Assembly: GCA_964539475.1 (NCBI GenBank)
Contig: CAZIIR010000001.1
Span: 2,869 to 66,868 of the forward strand
Direction: 5' to 3'
Length of the DNA: 64,000 bases
DNA from: an uncultured Candidatus Saccharibacteria bacterium
Lineage (GTDB): Bacteria > Patescibacteriota > Minisyncoccia > Phycocordibacterales > XYD1-FULL-46-19
The number at the start of each line of letters is the position of its first letter. Position 1 is the first letter of the stretch. Under the pieces are notes generated by a model, which was given only the letters and a program-made list of their open reading frames with translations, did no database searches and was not told the origin of the DNA. This document shows positions 54,007-63,935 of this stretch, piece after piece. The position numbers and the translations under genes were made by a program.

Positions 54007-55160
54007 TTAAAAGTCCCTAGTGGGTCCACTGGTTTTCCGTCTGGTTTTTTTATTTCTTTCCTTTGTGATGATCCGCCACCTCCAGGTGCTCCAGATTTAT
54101 GTTTCAACTTTTCAAGTCTTAGTTCTTCCTGAATTTCTTTAACTTTAGTTACAAGAGAATCAAAGTGCTTAGCTTTTGAAAGATCAGTAAGAAGGTCTGC
54201 ATATTCCTTTTTGTTTTCTCCCTTTAATACTTTTATTAGGAAATCACTATTTTCTCTTATGCTGTCCTTAAACTCATCTTCCGCAATAACACCTTCAATA
54301 GAAGAATAGTCAAAGTCTTTAATTACTTTATCAGTAACATAAACTCTTCCTGCTGTTTCCTTTTTAATGTATTCTTCTTTTTGCTGTGCTTCTTGGTAAA
54401 GAAGTTCTTTTTTCTTTTCTTCTTTTGTTTTTTCCCAATTCTGTTTAGCAGATACTGCTTTAACTATTTTACCATGAACTGTTTGAATCTGGTTTACAAC
54501 CTGACTCAACTGCGGAAGGTCATAATCTTCTCCTGTTGCTCTTTTGTATTCACTTTCAAACTTGGTAAGAATAGCCTTAACCTGTATTGACCCTAGAGGC
54601 TTACCTTCCTTATCAAGTGAAAGAAGATTATTATAAAGAGAATCAATTAACTTAGGATTTTTGATTTTTCCTTCGTTATTGATTGGAGCAATAATAGCTA
54701 CAAGGTTATTTTTCTCTTGATTAAGAGGTAGTATGTAATCTTCATTGTATTCGTTTGAATGATCAATGCTGATCTCCTTTAATCGCATGTCTGTTTCTTG
54801 AAACTTTTTCTCATACTCTGTAAGCTTCTTTTTCTTTTCCTTGTTACGCTCAATATATTTATTAACCTTTTCTTCATCAAGACCACCTTCTTTGTTTTTG
54901 ATATAATCAGCAACAGGCTTAAGAGGCTTTAGTTCTTCAAACTGAGTCAACTCAGCTTTAAGTTTTTTAGCCTCTTCTTCGGCAGCTTCTTTTGCTTTTT
55001 TTAATTCAGAGAACTGTGATTCTTTTGATTTAGGTTGCTTGTCTTGTGGTTTATCCTGTGGCTTATCATCAGGAATCTTGTCTTCTTTTTTTGGTTCATC
55101 CACAACTTCTGTTGCGCGAAACATTGATAATGGGTCTTTAATTTCTACTGGAGTGCTCAT
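54003..55160 (-). CDS. scaffolding protein candidate (K/E-rich coiled coil)
   Basis: Highly charged, helical composition. Between the portal and the MCP. Confidence 0.45.
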   Translation of the reverse strand: MSTPVEIKDPLSMFRATEVVDEPKKEDKIPDDKPQDKPQDKQPKSKESQFSELKKAKEAAEEEAKKLKAELTQFEELKPLKPVADYIKNKEGGLDEEKVNKYIERNKEKKKKLTEYEKKFQETDMRLKEISIDHSNEYNEDYILPLNQEKNNLVAIIAPINNEGKIKNPKLIDSLYNNLLSLDKEGKPLGSIQVKAILTKFESEYKRATGEDYDLPQLSQVVNQIQTVHGKIVKAVSAKQNWEKTKEEKKKELLYQEAQQKEEYIKKETAGRVYVTDKVIKDFDYSSIEGVIAEDEFKDSIRENSDFLIKVLKGENKKEYADLLTDLSKAKHFDSLVTKVKEIQEELRLEKLKHKSGAPGGGGSSQRKEIKKPDGKPVDPLGTFK

Positions 55161-55420
55161 TTCTTAATTATAATTGGCTTTATTGTTAATAGCTGTGCTA
55201 ATTTTCTTGCTTCTGAGTATTTTGCGTGTGCGTTTTCTGGAGTTGCCTCTGTGCTTAACGATAGAAGTAATTCATTTAATATAATTATTCTAAAGTCAAT
55301 TGATGTTTTTAGTTCTGATAGCTTTTGTTTTCTTTCATCTGTAAGTGGAAAAAAATCCAATACTTTATCTAAATCACTCATGACAATAATTGCATAGCTC
55401 TTTCTGCCGCAGCAATCCAA
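55157..55420 (-). CDS. hypothetical protein
   Basis: ORF track. Confidence 0.4.
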   Translation of the reverse strand: MDCCGRKSYAIIVMSDLDKVLDFFPLTDERKQKLSELKTSIDFRIIILNELLLSLSTEATPENAHAKYSEARKLAQLLTIKPIIIKK

Positions 55421-55560
55421 GCATCTGATTGTTTCTTTTTGGTCGGATCATTTGAAAATGTTTCCCAATTTGGAAGAAGATCACCATTAAATGCTTTTCC
55501 TCCAACCGCTTCACAGTATGTTTTATACAATTCTCCTGCAATGTATTCTTTATTAATCAT
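55378..55560 (-). CDS. hypothetical small protein
   Basis: ORF track. Confidence 0.3.
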   Translation of the reverse strand: MINKEYIAGELYKTYCEAVGGKAFNGDLLPNWETFSNDPTKKKQSDAWIAAAERAMQLLS

Positions 55561-55564
55561 ATTA

Positions 55565-57931
55565 TTATTGTTGTGCTAGTTTGACTGCTTCTTTCATCCT
55601 TTTCAGGTCTGCTTCTACTGTAGCTAATTGTTTCTTTATTTCTGAGTTTTCATCTGCTTCTCGTTTTTTCATTTCCATCTTCATTTGGAAATCTGCTGCC
55701 TTACGCTCTGCTGCCGCCATTGTAAGAGCGTTTGTCCTTTTCTCTTTTTCTTGTGCTTTATACTCAAGAATTTGGATTTTTCTTAATTCCTCTGGCGGAA
55801 TATCCATTCCTTGCTGTCCGTTTTGAGCGTTATCCTGTTTCTTTTTATTGATTATGTCAGCTATTTGTTTAGCTGTTTTTTCAAATGTTGTCTGAATGTT
55901 CTTAAATTCCTTATAGCGATTTTTGAAGAATCGTGATGTTTTTATTGCCTCAACATGCTTCTCGGTATTAGTAAGAGCATTGGTGATATAATTGAATCCA
56001 GCAACAATATCTTCACCACCTTGTATTCCCTTGATCATTCGATCAATCTTCGCATAATGAATATTAAGGTGCCCAATGTTATCTTGAGACGAATCGAAAA
56101 CAACCTCAGATGTGTTATAAAACGCTGAATTTTCAAGTGCTGCTTGTTCTATTTGATGGCCGTATTCAACTGCTTCAATAAAAATATTAACATCTTGTCT
56201 TGAAAAGCCAAGTGCCATCAAGAAGCTTCGTTGAAGTCTTGTTCTTCCATTTGAGTTTTGAGCAAATGGCATTGCAGCTTGGATTGATTGAATGTCGTTA
56301 TTAACAGCATGAAGCTGTATGCATTCAATCTCAGAGAGTATCTTTTTAATATCCTCTTTCTTTATTCCAAATTCCTTGAACTCAAACTCAAGTTCATCAA
56401 AGAATTTTGCCTTTGCTTTTTCGTCAATTGGATTGTCGTAATCCTCGTTAATTAAATCATTAAGAATGCAGGTAAAAAGAATAGAGTAGTCCCTTAGTTT
56501 AAATGGGGTTTTTGCATTCTTTTGATTTGAATGCATTGCCCCCTGCAATTGAACTTCATCTTTTGTTGGTCTATTTGATAAATTTATTTGAGGATTGTAG
56601 TGAGATGTCTGACTCTTAAAGTCATTGTCGTCACTTTGTATTGATTGAATATGATCGTTTAGATCATATCTAATCTGTCCTGTTGGAATAACTGCATTAG
56701 GTGGAAGTATAGTCAATCCACCATAAACTTTAATCTCAACGTCTTCATTTGCAAGATCGTCCTTAGTCTGGATCAAAAGGTTTCCAGTTAGAAGTAGCTT
56801 ATCCTCGATTGAGTTACGCTTAAAGTCATACCTCATACTTTCCTCTGTTATCTGCTTAGAGGAACCACGGAGACTGTGAATTGTTTTCTCGTTGCTTACT
56901 GCAAATTCTTTTACAATATTGATTCGCTCAGTGTATGGAATTTTACCGTGATTTTTTTGATACAGAAGATATTTATTAGCAGAAACAGTCCATCCACTTT
57001 CGGCGTAGCATTGAGTTGCTACTATGTATGTTTCAGTAACCTCTGATCCGTCTGTAGTAAATATTTTAGCAACATCAATGTTGTTAATATTTATATTAAT
57101 CCAAGTCTCTCCTTTTTTCTCACGAATAATTTCAACATCTTCCCATGAGTTGATCTCTAGCTTACCTTCATTGATTTTTGCGCTTATTTCATAAGCACCG
57201 GATTTTACGTCATTTATGATTTCTTCATTATTAGAAAGCAAATCATAAAAGATTTCCTCAATTCCTTCTTTTACCCATCCATTTTCATAGATATGGTATG
57301 GGTCGCATCTGTTTTCTACTAGAGTTAATTCAAACTTTTCACACTCTCTTATTCTTTGTAGAAGGACTTCTGCTTTGATTGTGTCAAAAACAACATAATT
57401 CCTAATGTCATCAATGGTTGTTCCGTCTTCAAAGGCTATGCTTTTATGTGAAATTGGGTTTCCGAGGTAGTTAAACTTGTCTCGAATGATTGGAGCGAAT
57501 CCAAAAACGTAAGAAAGATACTCGATTTGACAAAGAAACGTCTGAAATCTTGGGTCTTGCTCAAGAATGTCAGCAAAAACCTCTGCTATTTTCCTTCCAA
57601 AGATACTTCTAAGTAATTCTGTATCAAGGAATTGATAAATTTGTTCTTTTTTCTTGCTTGTTCTGTTAAAAACAATCTCCATCATGCCCAATGTCTTGAA
57701 AATCTCAGTGACATTAGACATAACACCTTGTTCTACAAGCATTCTGCCCTTACCAAAGTTCCAGTTGTTAGACCATGATATAAATTGTTTCTTTCTTTCA
57801 TTCTCATCGAAAGGTTGCTTGTATTCCATCAAGTAATCTTCGGTGTTTTGAATCTTGTCCCATCGCTCAGAATGAGAAAGAGTTGCTGCGCTAATAATTA
57901 TATTAGCATCTTCTGAGTTTTCGATGATCAT
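55565..57931 (-). CDS. portal protein candidate (788 aa)
   Basis: Size and position between the terminase and scaffold/MCP. Confidence 0.5.
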   Translation of the reverse strand: MIIENSEDANIIISAATLSHSERWDKIQNTEDYLMEYKQPFDENERKKQFISWSNNWNFGKGRMLVEQGVMSNVTEIFKTLGMMEIVFNRTSKKKEQIYQFLDTELLRSIFGRKIAEVFADILEQDPRFQTFLCQIEYLSYVFGFAPIIRDKFNYLGNPISHKSIAFEDGTTIDDIRNYVVFDTIKAEVLLQRIRECEKFELTLVENRCDPYHIYENGWVKEGIEEIFYDLLSNNEEIINDVKSGAYEISAKINEGKLEINSWEDVEIIREKKGETWINININNIDVAKIFTTDGSEVTETYIVATQCYAESGWTVSANKYLLYQKNHGKIPYTERINIVKEFAVSNEKTIHSLRGSSKQITEESMRYDFKRNSIEDKLLLTGNLLIQTKDDLANEDVEIKVYGGLTILPPNAVIPTGQIRYDLNDHIQSIQSDDNDFKSQTSHYNPQINLSNRPTKDEVQLQGAMHSNQKNAKTPFKLRDYSILFTCILNDLINEDYDNPIDEKAKAKFFDELEFEFKEFGIKKEDIKKILSEIECIQLHAVNNDIQSIQAAMPFAQNSNGRTRLQRSFLMALGFSRQDVNIFIEAVEYGHQIEQAALENSAFYNTSEVVFDSSQDNIGHLNIHYAKIDRMIKGIQGGEDIVAGFNYITNALTNTEKHVEAIKTSRFFKNRYKEFKNIQTTFEKTAKQIADIINKKKQDNAQNGQQGMDIPPEELRKIQILEYKAQEKEKRTNALTMAAAERKAADFQMKMEMKKREADENSEIKKQLATVEADLKRMKEAVKLAQQ

Positions 57932-58488
57932 GGAATGTAATTAGGTGATTGTTTGTTTATCCAACAGTTATCTGGCCGAACCACTCCAAATTTTTCATTA
58001 AATTGTTCCATTTTTGATGGAAGCATGACAGAAAGAGCGCATCCACAAACGTCACAACCATTTCCTTGTAGTCCGTTTGGTATATTAAACCCTTTTCCGA
58101 ACATTTTCTTGAGTCCGTTTACTGTTCTGTTAAGAGTATCAGTAAATCCGCATCCTCTACAGCCAGGAATCTCTGTTTTCTTTGGACAGTTTGTGCAAAT
58201 AATCGCTCGTCTATTGATTTCTGACTGATCTGCTACTTGTCCTGAGACTACTTTAACGACAGCTTTTGCTCCGTTAATATAATCATTAAGAGTCAGTGGT
58301 TTTTTAATATTACTTGGTGGTCTTGATACTGGAATGTTTTCTTTGTTTTGAAACAGTTCAGCGTTTACTTGATCTAAAATCTCTTGGTAGTCTCTTTTGT
58401 CACCAGCTTTAACAACGCGAAAAGCGATAGCTTCTGCGCTATCGCCAAGAATCTTGTCACCTTTATAAATAAATGAAAATCTTTTCAT
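57928..58488 (-). CDS. Cys-rich hypothetical protein
   Basis: ORF track. CTNCPKK...CRGCG...CDVCGC. Confidence 0.45.
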   Translation of the reverse strand: MKRFSFIYKGDKILGDSAEAIAFRVVKAGDKRDYQEILDQVNAELFQNKENIPVSRPPSNIKKPLTLNDYINGAKAVVKVVSGQVADQSEINRRAIICTNCPKKTEIPGCRGCGFTDTLNRTVNGLKKMFGKGFNIPNGLQGNGCDVCGCALSVMLPSKMEQFNEKFGVVRPDNCWINKQSPNYIP

Positions 58489-60632
58489 ATTTTTACCAAT
58501 CGCTTACCTTGCCACAATTTACTGTAGTTGTCAACACTTCTTTTCTTTTTCTTTTTTTCCAATTTTCCTAGTCCTGCAATATTAGGTCTTACGTTATACA
58601 CTACATACAGCATGTAAAAAGCTTGAAAGAAAGTGTCGAGAACATCAGGAGAAAAGTTATGCTCTTTCTTGAAATCTTCCTTTGAGTCGAGATTAAGAAG
58701 TTCAGCATCTCCTTTTCTTTTTACCTGAATAAACTTTCTTGTAAGAAATTCCTTATCGAAGCTCTCGCAATTCAATCCTGTCAGGAGTGATGAATTTATT
58801 CCTCTTACTCTACCTGCTTCAACAAACATTCTGAATATGTATGCTCCTAGAGTAATTTTATTAGTGACAGCTTGATCGGCGTAATGAACAACCTGTCTTT
58901 GTATTTCTGCTTTTACATAAGTAGAAATTGTTTGGAGTGGAATACGATCTTCAAGCTGTCCTGTTATCTCATTGATCTTTGGCTTGTCTGGAACTTTCTC
59001 TTGGTAGATAAGATGATGACACGGGTATCCTCTCACTGCTAACATTTCAATATGTGCAGGTCTTGCTGTCCAGTCCATTATGTAATGACCCGGCTCTATA
59101 CCAAACCTTTCGTGAAACGTAATAATATTATCACAAGATTGCCTGTAGTATTCTAACGCTCTAGTTGGCTTTTCAAATAGAGTAATATAGCCAGGATTAA
59201 TATTAACCATTGGTAAGCCATCAGAAGTTGTGCCAATATCAAATGCGGTTGATATGTTGCGATCAACACTAGCAGGAGCAGAATCAAAAGATCCAATAGT
59301 AAACTTTTTAAGGTAATCCTCTGGTGGTTTTTCATAGGATTTTGTATCCTCAAGAATGTCTTTTGTTAATATAAATATTTTCTTTTCTGAACTTTTCTCG
59401 AATCTGAATCCAATCCAGAATCGTTTATATGCTATGGTGTTTCGAGTTGCTTCGTTTGGATATAACTCATTCTTTTTCTTTTGCGTTGGGACGAATCTAT
59501 GAAACTTCCTAGCAAATTCAGAATTGGTAACACCAAGGCTAAGATCGTTATTAAAATGGATTACAAGACTGTTGTGACCAAGTGATTCTGATCGTGTTTT
59601 AAGCGTAGATTCCCACATGTGGGTTTCCTGATTAACAGAATCCCATCCAGTGTTTGGAGCAACATTAATACCAAGAAGATCAGTGTCTTCATCGAAGTTT
59701 CCTGATGCATTGAACCATCCATATTTAGGATGAAGGAACATGTTGTTATATGCTCCTAGTGGTGCATCATCAGTTGACTGCATCTCATCTAATAAATATA
59801 TTCGAGCTTCTGGATCATGGTATCCAGTAAGCTTATCAACAACACTTGAGTCCTTTCTTCCTCTTGGTATTAGAACACCTTTAAATGTTCCACCTTGCTC
59901 AAACACCTTACCGTCCTTTACTCGGTTGTATGTGTAGTCACCACACTTACGCGCCTTCCCTGCAACTAATGAGAATTGATAACGATCTTTATTTACTTCA
60001 TAAAGTCGCATTGCATAAGGCCAAGTTGATCCCTTGATCTTAGATTCACTAACAGTCGAGAATGTGCATTGAGCACCTTTCTTAGTGAAGATAAAGTAAT
60101 CATAAATCATGGACATAAATGAAAGAGGTCCATACGTCTTTCCTTGTCCTGCTCCACCAAACTCAATTACATTCTTGTAGTTTGATACAGCGTAGTAATA
60201 ATCGACCAGCCATGGTGTTATAGCCAAGTCACCAATAAACGATCCGTCAGGAGCAAGTTTTCCTGGCCACCTAATACTGGCTGCATGTGATAAATGAGTC
60301 TCTCTGTTAAGGAGTGTTGCACTTTTAGTGAAACGTAATAAATTTATTTTATCAGGATTCTTTTCAAGCTCAAGCTCACGCTTATAAAGATCGGCAAAAT
60401 GAATGAATATATAAATCTCAAGATCGTATTGGAAGTGAAATGGATTTGGGACATACTCCTGATGGTATATCGGCAAGTCCATAGACTCAAACTTTTTCCA
60501 TGCTTCCTCTACTGCTTTAGAGTTGTAGAAATACTTCTGACTAAATCCTGTATCTATAACAGAGCTTTTAGCTAACGAGAAGTTAGAGAATCGTGAGTTC
60601 TTAGCCTTAGTTAATTGATCCTCTAATTTCAT
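58485..60632 (-). CDS. terL: terminase large subunit
   Basis: Walker A FGGAGQGKT, Walker B IYLLDEMQS, C-terminal Asp-rich nuclease region. Size 715 aa. Confidence 0.75.
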   Translation of the reverse strand: MKLEDQLTKAKNSRFSNFSLAKSSVIDTGFSQKYFYNSKAVEEAWKKFESMDLPIYHQEYVPNPFHFQYDLEIYIFIHFADLYKRELELEKNPDKINLLRFTKSATLLNRETHLSHAASIRWPGKLAPDGSFIGDLAITPWLVDYYYAVSNYKNVIEFGGAGQGKTYGPLSFMSMIYDYFIFTKKGAQCTFSTVSESKIKGSTWPYAMRLYEVNKDRYQFSLVAGKARKCGDYTYNRVKDGKVFEQGGTFKGVLIPRGRKDSSVVDKLTGYHDPEARIYLLDEMQSTDDAPLGAYNNMFLHPKYGWFNASGNFDEDTDLLGINVAPNTGWDSVNQETHMWESTLKTRSESLGHNSLVIHFNNDLSLGVTNSEFARKFHRFVPTQKKKNELYPNEATRNTIAYKRFWIGFRFEKSSEKKIFILTKDILEDTKSYEKPPEDYLKKFTIGSFDSAPASVDRNISTAFDIGTTSDGLPMVNINPGYITLFEKPTRALEYYRQSCDNIITFHERFGIEPGHYIMDWTARPAHIEMLAVRGYPCHHLIYQEKVPDKPKINEITGQLEDRIPLQTISTYVKAEIQRQVVHYADQAVTNKITLGAYIFRMFVEAGRVRGINSSLLTGLNCESFDKEFLTRKFIQVKRKGDAELLNLDSKEDFKKEHNFSPDVLDTFFQAFYMLYVVYNVRPNIAGLGKLEKKKKKRSVDNYSKLWQGKRLVKI

Positions 60633-60867
60633 TTGACTTTATGTTTTAACGTGCTATGGTCTAAGATGCTAATTGAATTTACACCGCGAATCAGCGGAGC
60701 TTTTACTAATATAGTTATTAAGAATACTGATGTGTCTGGAATGATCAAAGAGTTTGATCTCACAGAAGAGGAAGCTCATGATTTCGTTAAGACTGTTATT
60801 ATTTCAGCGTTTTCTATTTATAAGATAAATATTAACAGTGTAATTAACAAGATCAAGGAGCATGAAG

Positions 60868-61131
60868 CTAAGGGCTAGTTAACTTCCACTCATCTCCTTC
60901 ATCTGGACCGTTTAATCTTTCTGCTATTTGATAAGCAGTGTCTTGAGCTATATCAGAGTTAATGAACTCATGCGCCATTCCTTGTCGAGCATACCAATTA
61001 CCTGCTCCTCGTTTAGCAATCAAAGACATTGACTGTTCATTCCAAGATGCGAGTATTTGAACAGCATCGAAATGTTCACTTATTTGGACTACTGCTGCTT
61101 CAAGTATCTTTTCTGCTTCTTGTATAGTCAT
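60868..61131 (-). CDS. hypothetical protein
   Basis: ORF track. Confidence 0.4.
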   Translation of the reverse strand: MTIQEAEKILEAAVVQISEHFDAVQILASWNEQSMSLIAKRGAGNWYARQGMAHEFINSDIAQDTAYQIAERLNGPDEGDEWKLTSP

Positions 61132-61352
61132 CCGTATATGTCTTGTGGTTCTTTGACTAGCTTGTAGCCCATCTGACTTAAGGCAGCTTCAATCTGTTCA
61201 GCAGCATTAGCTGACCAAACAAACAAATAGTTGTCTCCAACTTTTTCAGATGATTCTAATGCATTTGACATTATCACTGAGCTAATAATTATATTACCAG
61301 GATTCATGTCATCCTTAAAAGCTTCATGAAACTGTGTGGATAAATTACTCAT
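61128..61352 (-). CDS. hypothetical protein
   Basis: ORF track. Confidence 0.4.
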   Translation of the reverse strand: MSNLSTQFHEAFKDDMNPGNIIISSVIMSNALESSEKVGDNYLFVWSANAAEQIEAALSQMGYKLVKEPQDIYG

Positions 61353-61600
61353 TTCGCATCAATCAATTTAGTTACATCACACCTGATTTCTTCCTGTATT
61401 GTATTTGTCTCATTAATCAATTCTTGTTTATGAGAACACACTGGCTGTGCATCCCTTCCGTAATGAACTTCTCGTAACGTAATAGTTTTATTAAAGTTCT
61501 CCAAGCATCCCAATAGATATTCAGCTAGAATGAAATCGGGTGTTCCGTTTTCCAAACTGTGTTCGTTAATTACTTGTGCTAGTTTTTCTTGTAGTGTCAT
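61349..61600 (-). CDS. hypothetical protein
   Basis: ORF track. Confidence 0.4.
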   Translation of the reverse strand: MTLQEKLAQVINEHSLENGTPDFILAEYLLGCLENFNKTITLREVHYGRDAQPVCSHKQELINETNTIQEEIRCDVTKLIDAK

Positions 61601-61812
61601 ATTATTGTCTTTATCATTTCTCCCTGTTTCTTCTCAATTTGATCATCCCTCATCTTTTTAAACTTATCGAGAATGTCTATAAACTTAACTCGATACTCAC
61701 CAACCATAAGTGCTTTAGCTTGTAGTATTTCTATATCACGATTCATCTGTGTTTGTCTATTAATCGCTAATTTAACCTCAGTCTCAATATCACTAATAAT
61801 TTTATCAATCAT
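61597..61812 (-). CDS. hypothetical protein
   Basis: ORF track. Confidence 0.4.
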   Translation of the reverse strand: MIDKIISDIETEVKLAINRQTQMNRDIEILQAKALMVGEYRVKFIDILDKFKKMRDDQIEKKQGEMIKTII

Positions 61813-62621
61813 AACTCATGCTCCTTTTGTTTAATAACCATTCGCTGTGGTTCCATTTCAATAATTTTATTATCAGTCAACTCCATTGGTCGTGATGGCA
61901 TAGGTAGTCTGTAGTCATCTTCCTTCTTAGTCCCTGCTGCTTGCTGAACAGCAATAGCTCCGGCGGTCTTAACAGTGTATTCACGATACAAATCAATACC
62001 GTGCATTCCTTTACACTTATCCAGAATACCTGTAATAGTTTTATCAAGTCTATTCCACCGAGCAGGTTCTTTATCAGGATCAGTCTCCTCAAGTTCAGCA
62101 TATAAAGCAGGAAGCTTAGCAAGAAGAATATGAAGGTATTTCTTCTCCTCGTCAATAACAACTCCAGCTAACTGCTGGAATGCATTTGATTTTAATAGAC
62201 TTATTTCCATTTCATATTCTTCCTTTAATTTTTCCAATCTTACCCTTGTTCCTACAAGGCGTAAATAGGTTCCTACTTGAGTTGCTGTAATCTGTCTATA
62301 CCCGAACTCGAATAATGTTAACATTATCTCGGCTTCTGAATAGCCAAGGAAGTGTAACATCTCTATGTGCTTGATTATTGGTTTACTTGTGTCAAAGAAG
62401 CTTTTACAATACACCATCTTTTTAAGGACACCAGTAACATATCCTTTAATACACAGTGTTCGTTTGTGTTGTTGTCTTAGTGTTCTTATTGCATTTATTG
62501 CAACAATTTTATCAGTCTTGCTTGGAATGAACTTCATCAGTTCTTCCAGCTTATCCTGATCACTGACTGCGAAGCGGTCTTCGTGACGTGGCTTAAATGG
62601 TCTTAATCCGTCATCATTCAT
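61809..62621 (-). CDS. hypothetical protein (possible small terminase subunit, by position only)
   Basis: 270 aa, upstream of terL. Confidence 0.35.
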   Translation of the reverse strand: MNDDGLRPFKPRHEDRFAVSDQDKLEELMKFIPSKTDKIVAINAIRTLRQQHKRTLCIKGYVTGVLKKMVYCKSFFDTSKPIIKHIEMLHFLGYSEAEIMLTLFEFGYRQITATQVGTYLRLVGTRVRLEKLKEEYEMEISLLKSNAFQQLAGVVIDEEKKYLHILLAKLPALYAELEETDPDKEPARWNRLDKTITGILDKCKGMHGIDLYREYTVKTAGAIAVQQAAGTKKEDDYRLPMPSRPMELTDNKIIEMEPQRMVIKQKEHEL

Positions 62622-62881
62622 TTTGCTTTTGCTGGTGCTCCAAGGACAAGTGCTCCTGTAAGCTCATCAATATGAATCACAGCTTTAACTTGCTCTATAA
62701 CATATTTATTAGTTCCTATCTCAATCTCCTTACCAGTGCTTCCTTCATGTGGTGGCACTGCAATAAAATCCCCCTTGTCCACTTTGTGGAATCCTTTGCT
62801 TCCAATAAACTGATGCTGCTCATTAAGTAAATGATATATCATAATCCGTTGCCTCCTGTTAGTTTGTTTACCGATAGCCAA
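62618..62881 (-). CDS. hypothetical protein
   Basis: ORF track. Confidence 0.4.
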   Translation of the reverse strand: MAIGKQTNRRQRIMIYHLLNEQHQFIGSKGFHKVDKGDFIAVPPHEGSTGKEIEIGTNKYVIEQVKAVIHIDELTGALVLGAPAKAK

Positions 62882-63216
62882 TTAGCCATAGCTGTATTAA
62901 TGTTACCATTCGCATTATAGCACAGTATTATGTATCGGTCAAATGATTTTATTTCATTTCCGCTTTTTGTAGTAATGGTCCTAATTAATATATTAGAACC
63001 CATTAACTCCTCTAGTTTCTTACGGCACAACTCTCCATTCTCTGACTTAAGCTCTGGTGCATATACGTCTTTTAATCTAAACTGATGAGTAACTGATACG
63101 TCGAATCCTAATTCAACGCGTGCTGTTATAGTGTCCCCATCGTGGACATTCACAACTGTAGCACTGTAATCCGCTGAATATCCAAGTGAGTATATGAGTA
63201 GTATGAGCCATCGCAT
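62839..63216 (-). CDS. SNase/thermonuclease-like nuclease with a signal peptide
   Basis: VHDGDTITARVELG...RLKDVYAPE, as in the staphylococcal-nuclease DGDT...D.PE motif. N-terminal MRWLILLIYSLG. Confidence 0.5.
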   Translation of the reverse strand: MRWLILLIYSLGYSADYSATVVNVHDGDTITARVELGFDVSVTHQFRLKDVYAPELKSENGELCRKKLEELMGSNILIRTITTKSGNEIKSFDRYIILCYNANGNINTAMANWLSVNKLTGGNGL

Positions 63217-63339
63217 ATATCACAATACCGTAGTATTTTTATTACGCAAGTGAAATAATGGATTACTTGAATGGGACCCTAGTGGTGGAATGTGACGAAT
63301 GGAAAAATGATATATGCGAAGTATGGGGTTCTTTTATAA

Positions 63340-63470
63340 GTGGAGAGGAGGTGATGAATAATACCCCACTATATCGGGAGGGAGGGAGTGGGGTGTATGG
63401 AGTGGAGGTGAGGGGAGGTAATACTACTCTATTGGTGAGAGGGAGGGGGAGATGTCCCCACCCACCCGCG
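63340..63470 (+). repeat. G-rich tract (GGGAGG/GGGG runs) in otherwise AT-rich DNA
   Basis: ggagggagtggggtgtatggagtggaggtgaggggagg ... gggagggggag read directly. The overlapping ORFs are junk. Confidence 0.5.
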
Positions 63471-63839
63471 TTTCAAATTTCCTCGCGCCATTTAGAGAAT
63501 CTTTCTATTCCCCCACCAAGGGATTCCTTACTTTTCCTCCCATGAAATTTCCTAGTAAAAATATTACAACCTTCACTTTCAACAGTTTAGCGGTGTGGTG
63601 CTGGCAGTGTTGGCAATCCAAGTTGGAAAGCTGGCAGGCTGGCGAGCCATGGAAGGGTATGGCCAAAGTGTAACTATTTTACCAGAGAAGTGCGAAATAG
63701 CTTGAATGTCATTCTGGGCTGGAGTAGGTTACGACGTTGGTGTCTATTGTTTCTTACACTTCGGAGCTTGTCTCTTGAGAGTCGGAATCAGTAGGTCACT
63801 GAGGGGATAGCGAAAAGCTCCCCAAGTCTCCGTTCCTTC

Positions 63840-63935
63840 CCATTAGCTTGTCGGCTAGCCAGTAGTGGCTAGCTAGTCCATCCCCTAGCCTTTCCATTCT
63901 GGAATAGGCAGGTAAACAAATGGACTAGCTCAAAC
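63840..63935 (+). repeat. cluster of GCTAGC/CTAGTCC palindromes and a 9-bp inverted repeat (gctagtcca / tggactagc). Iteron-like
   Basis: Read from the sequence. Upstream of the late operon. Confidence 0.45.

Noticed and set aside
60633-60878. 81-aa + strand ORF in the 235-bp gap upstream of terL
   Set aside because: It runs against the orientation of the whole late operon. The gap more likely holds a late promoter or leader. It is kept only as a low-probability possibility
63258-63673. ORFs 63258..63545 and 63452..63673 (+)
   Set aside because: They translate a G-rich tract into GGE and REG repeats and have no start context. The region is better explained as non-coding
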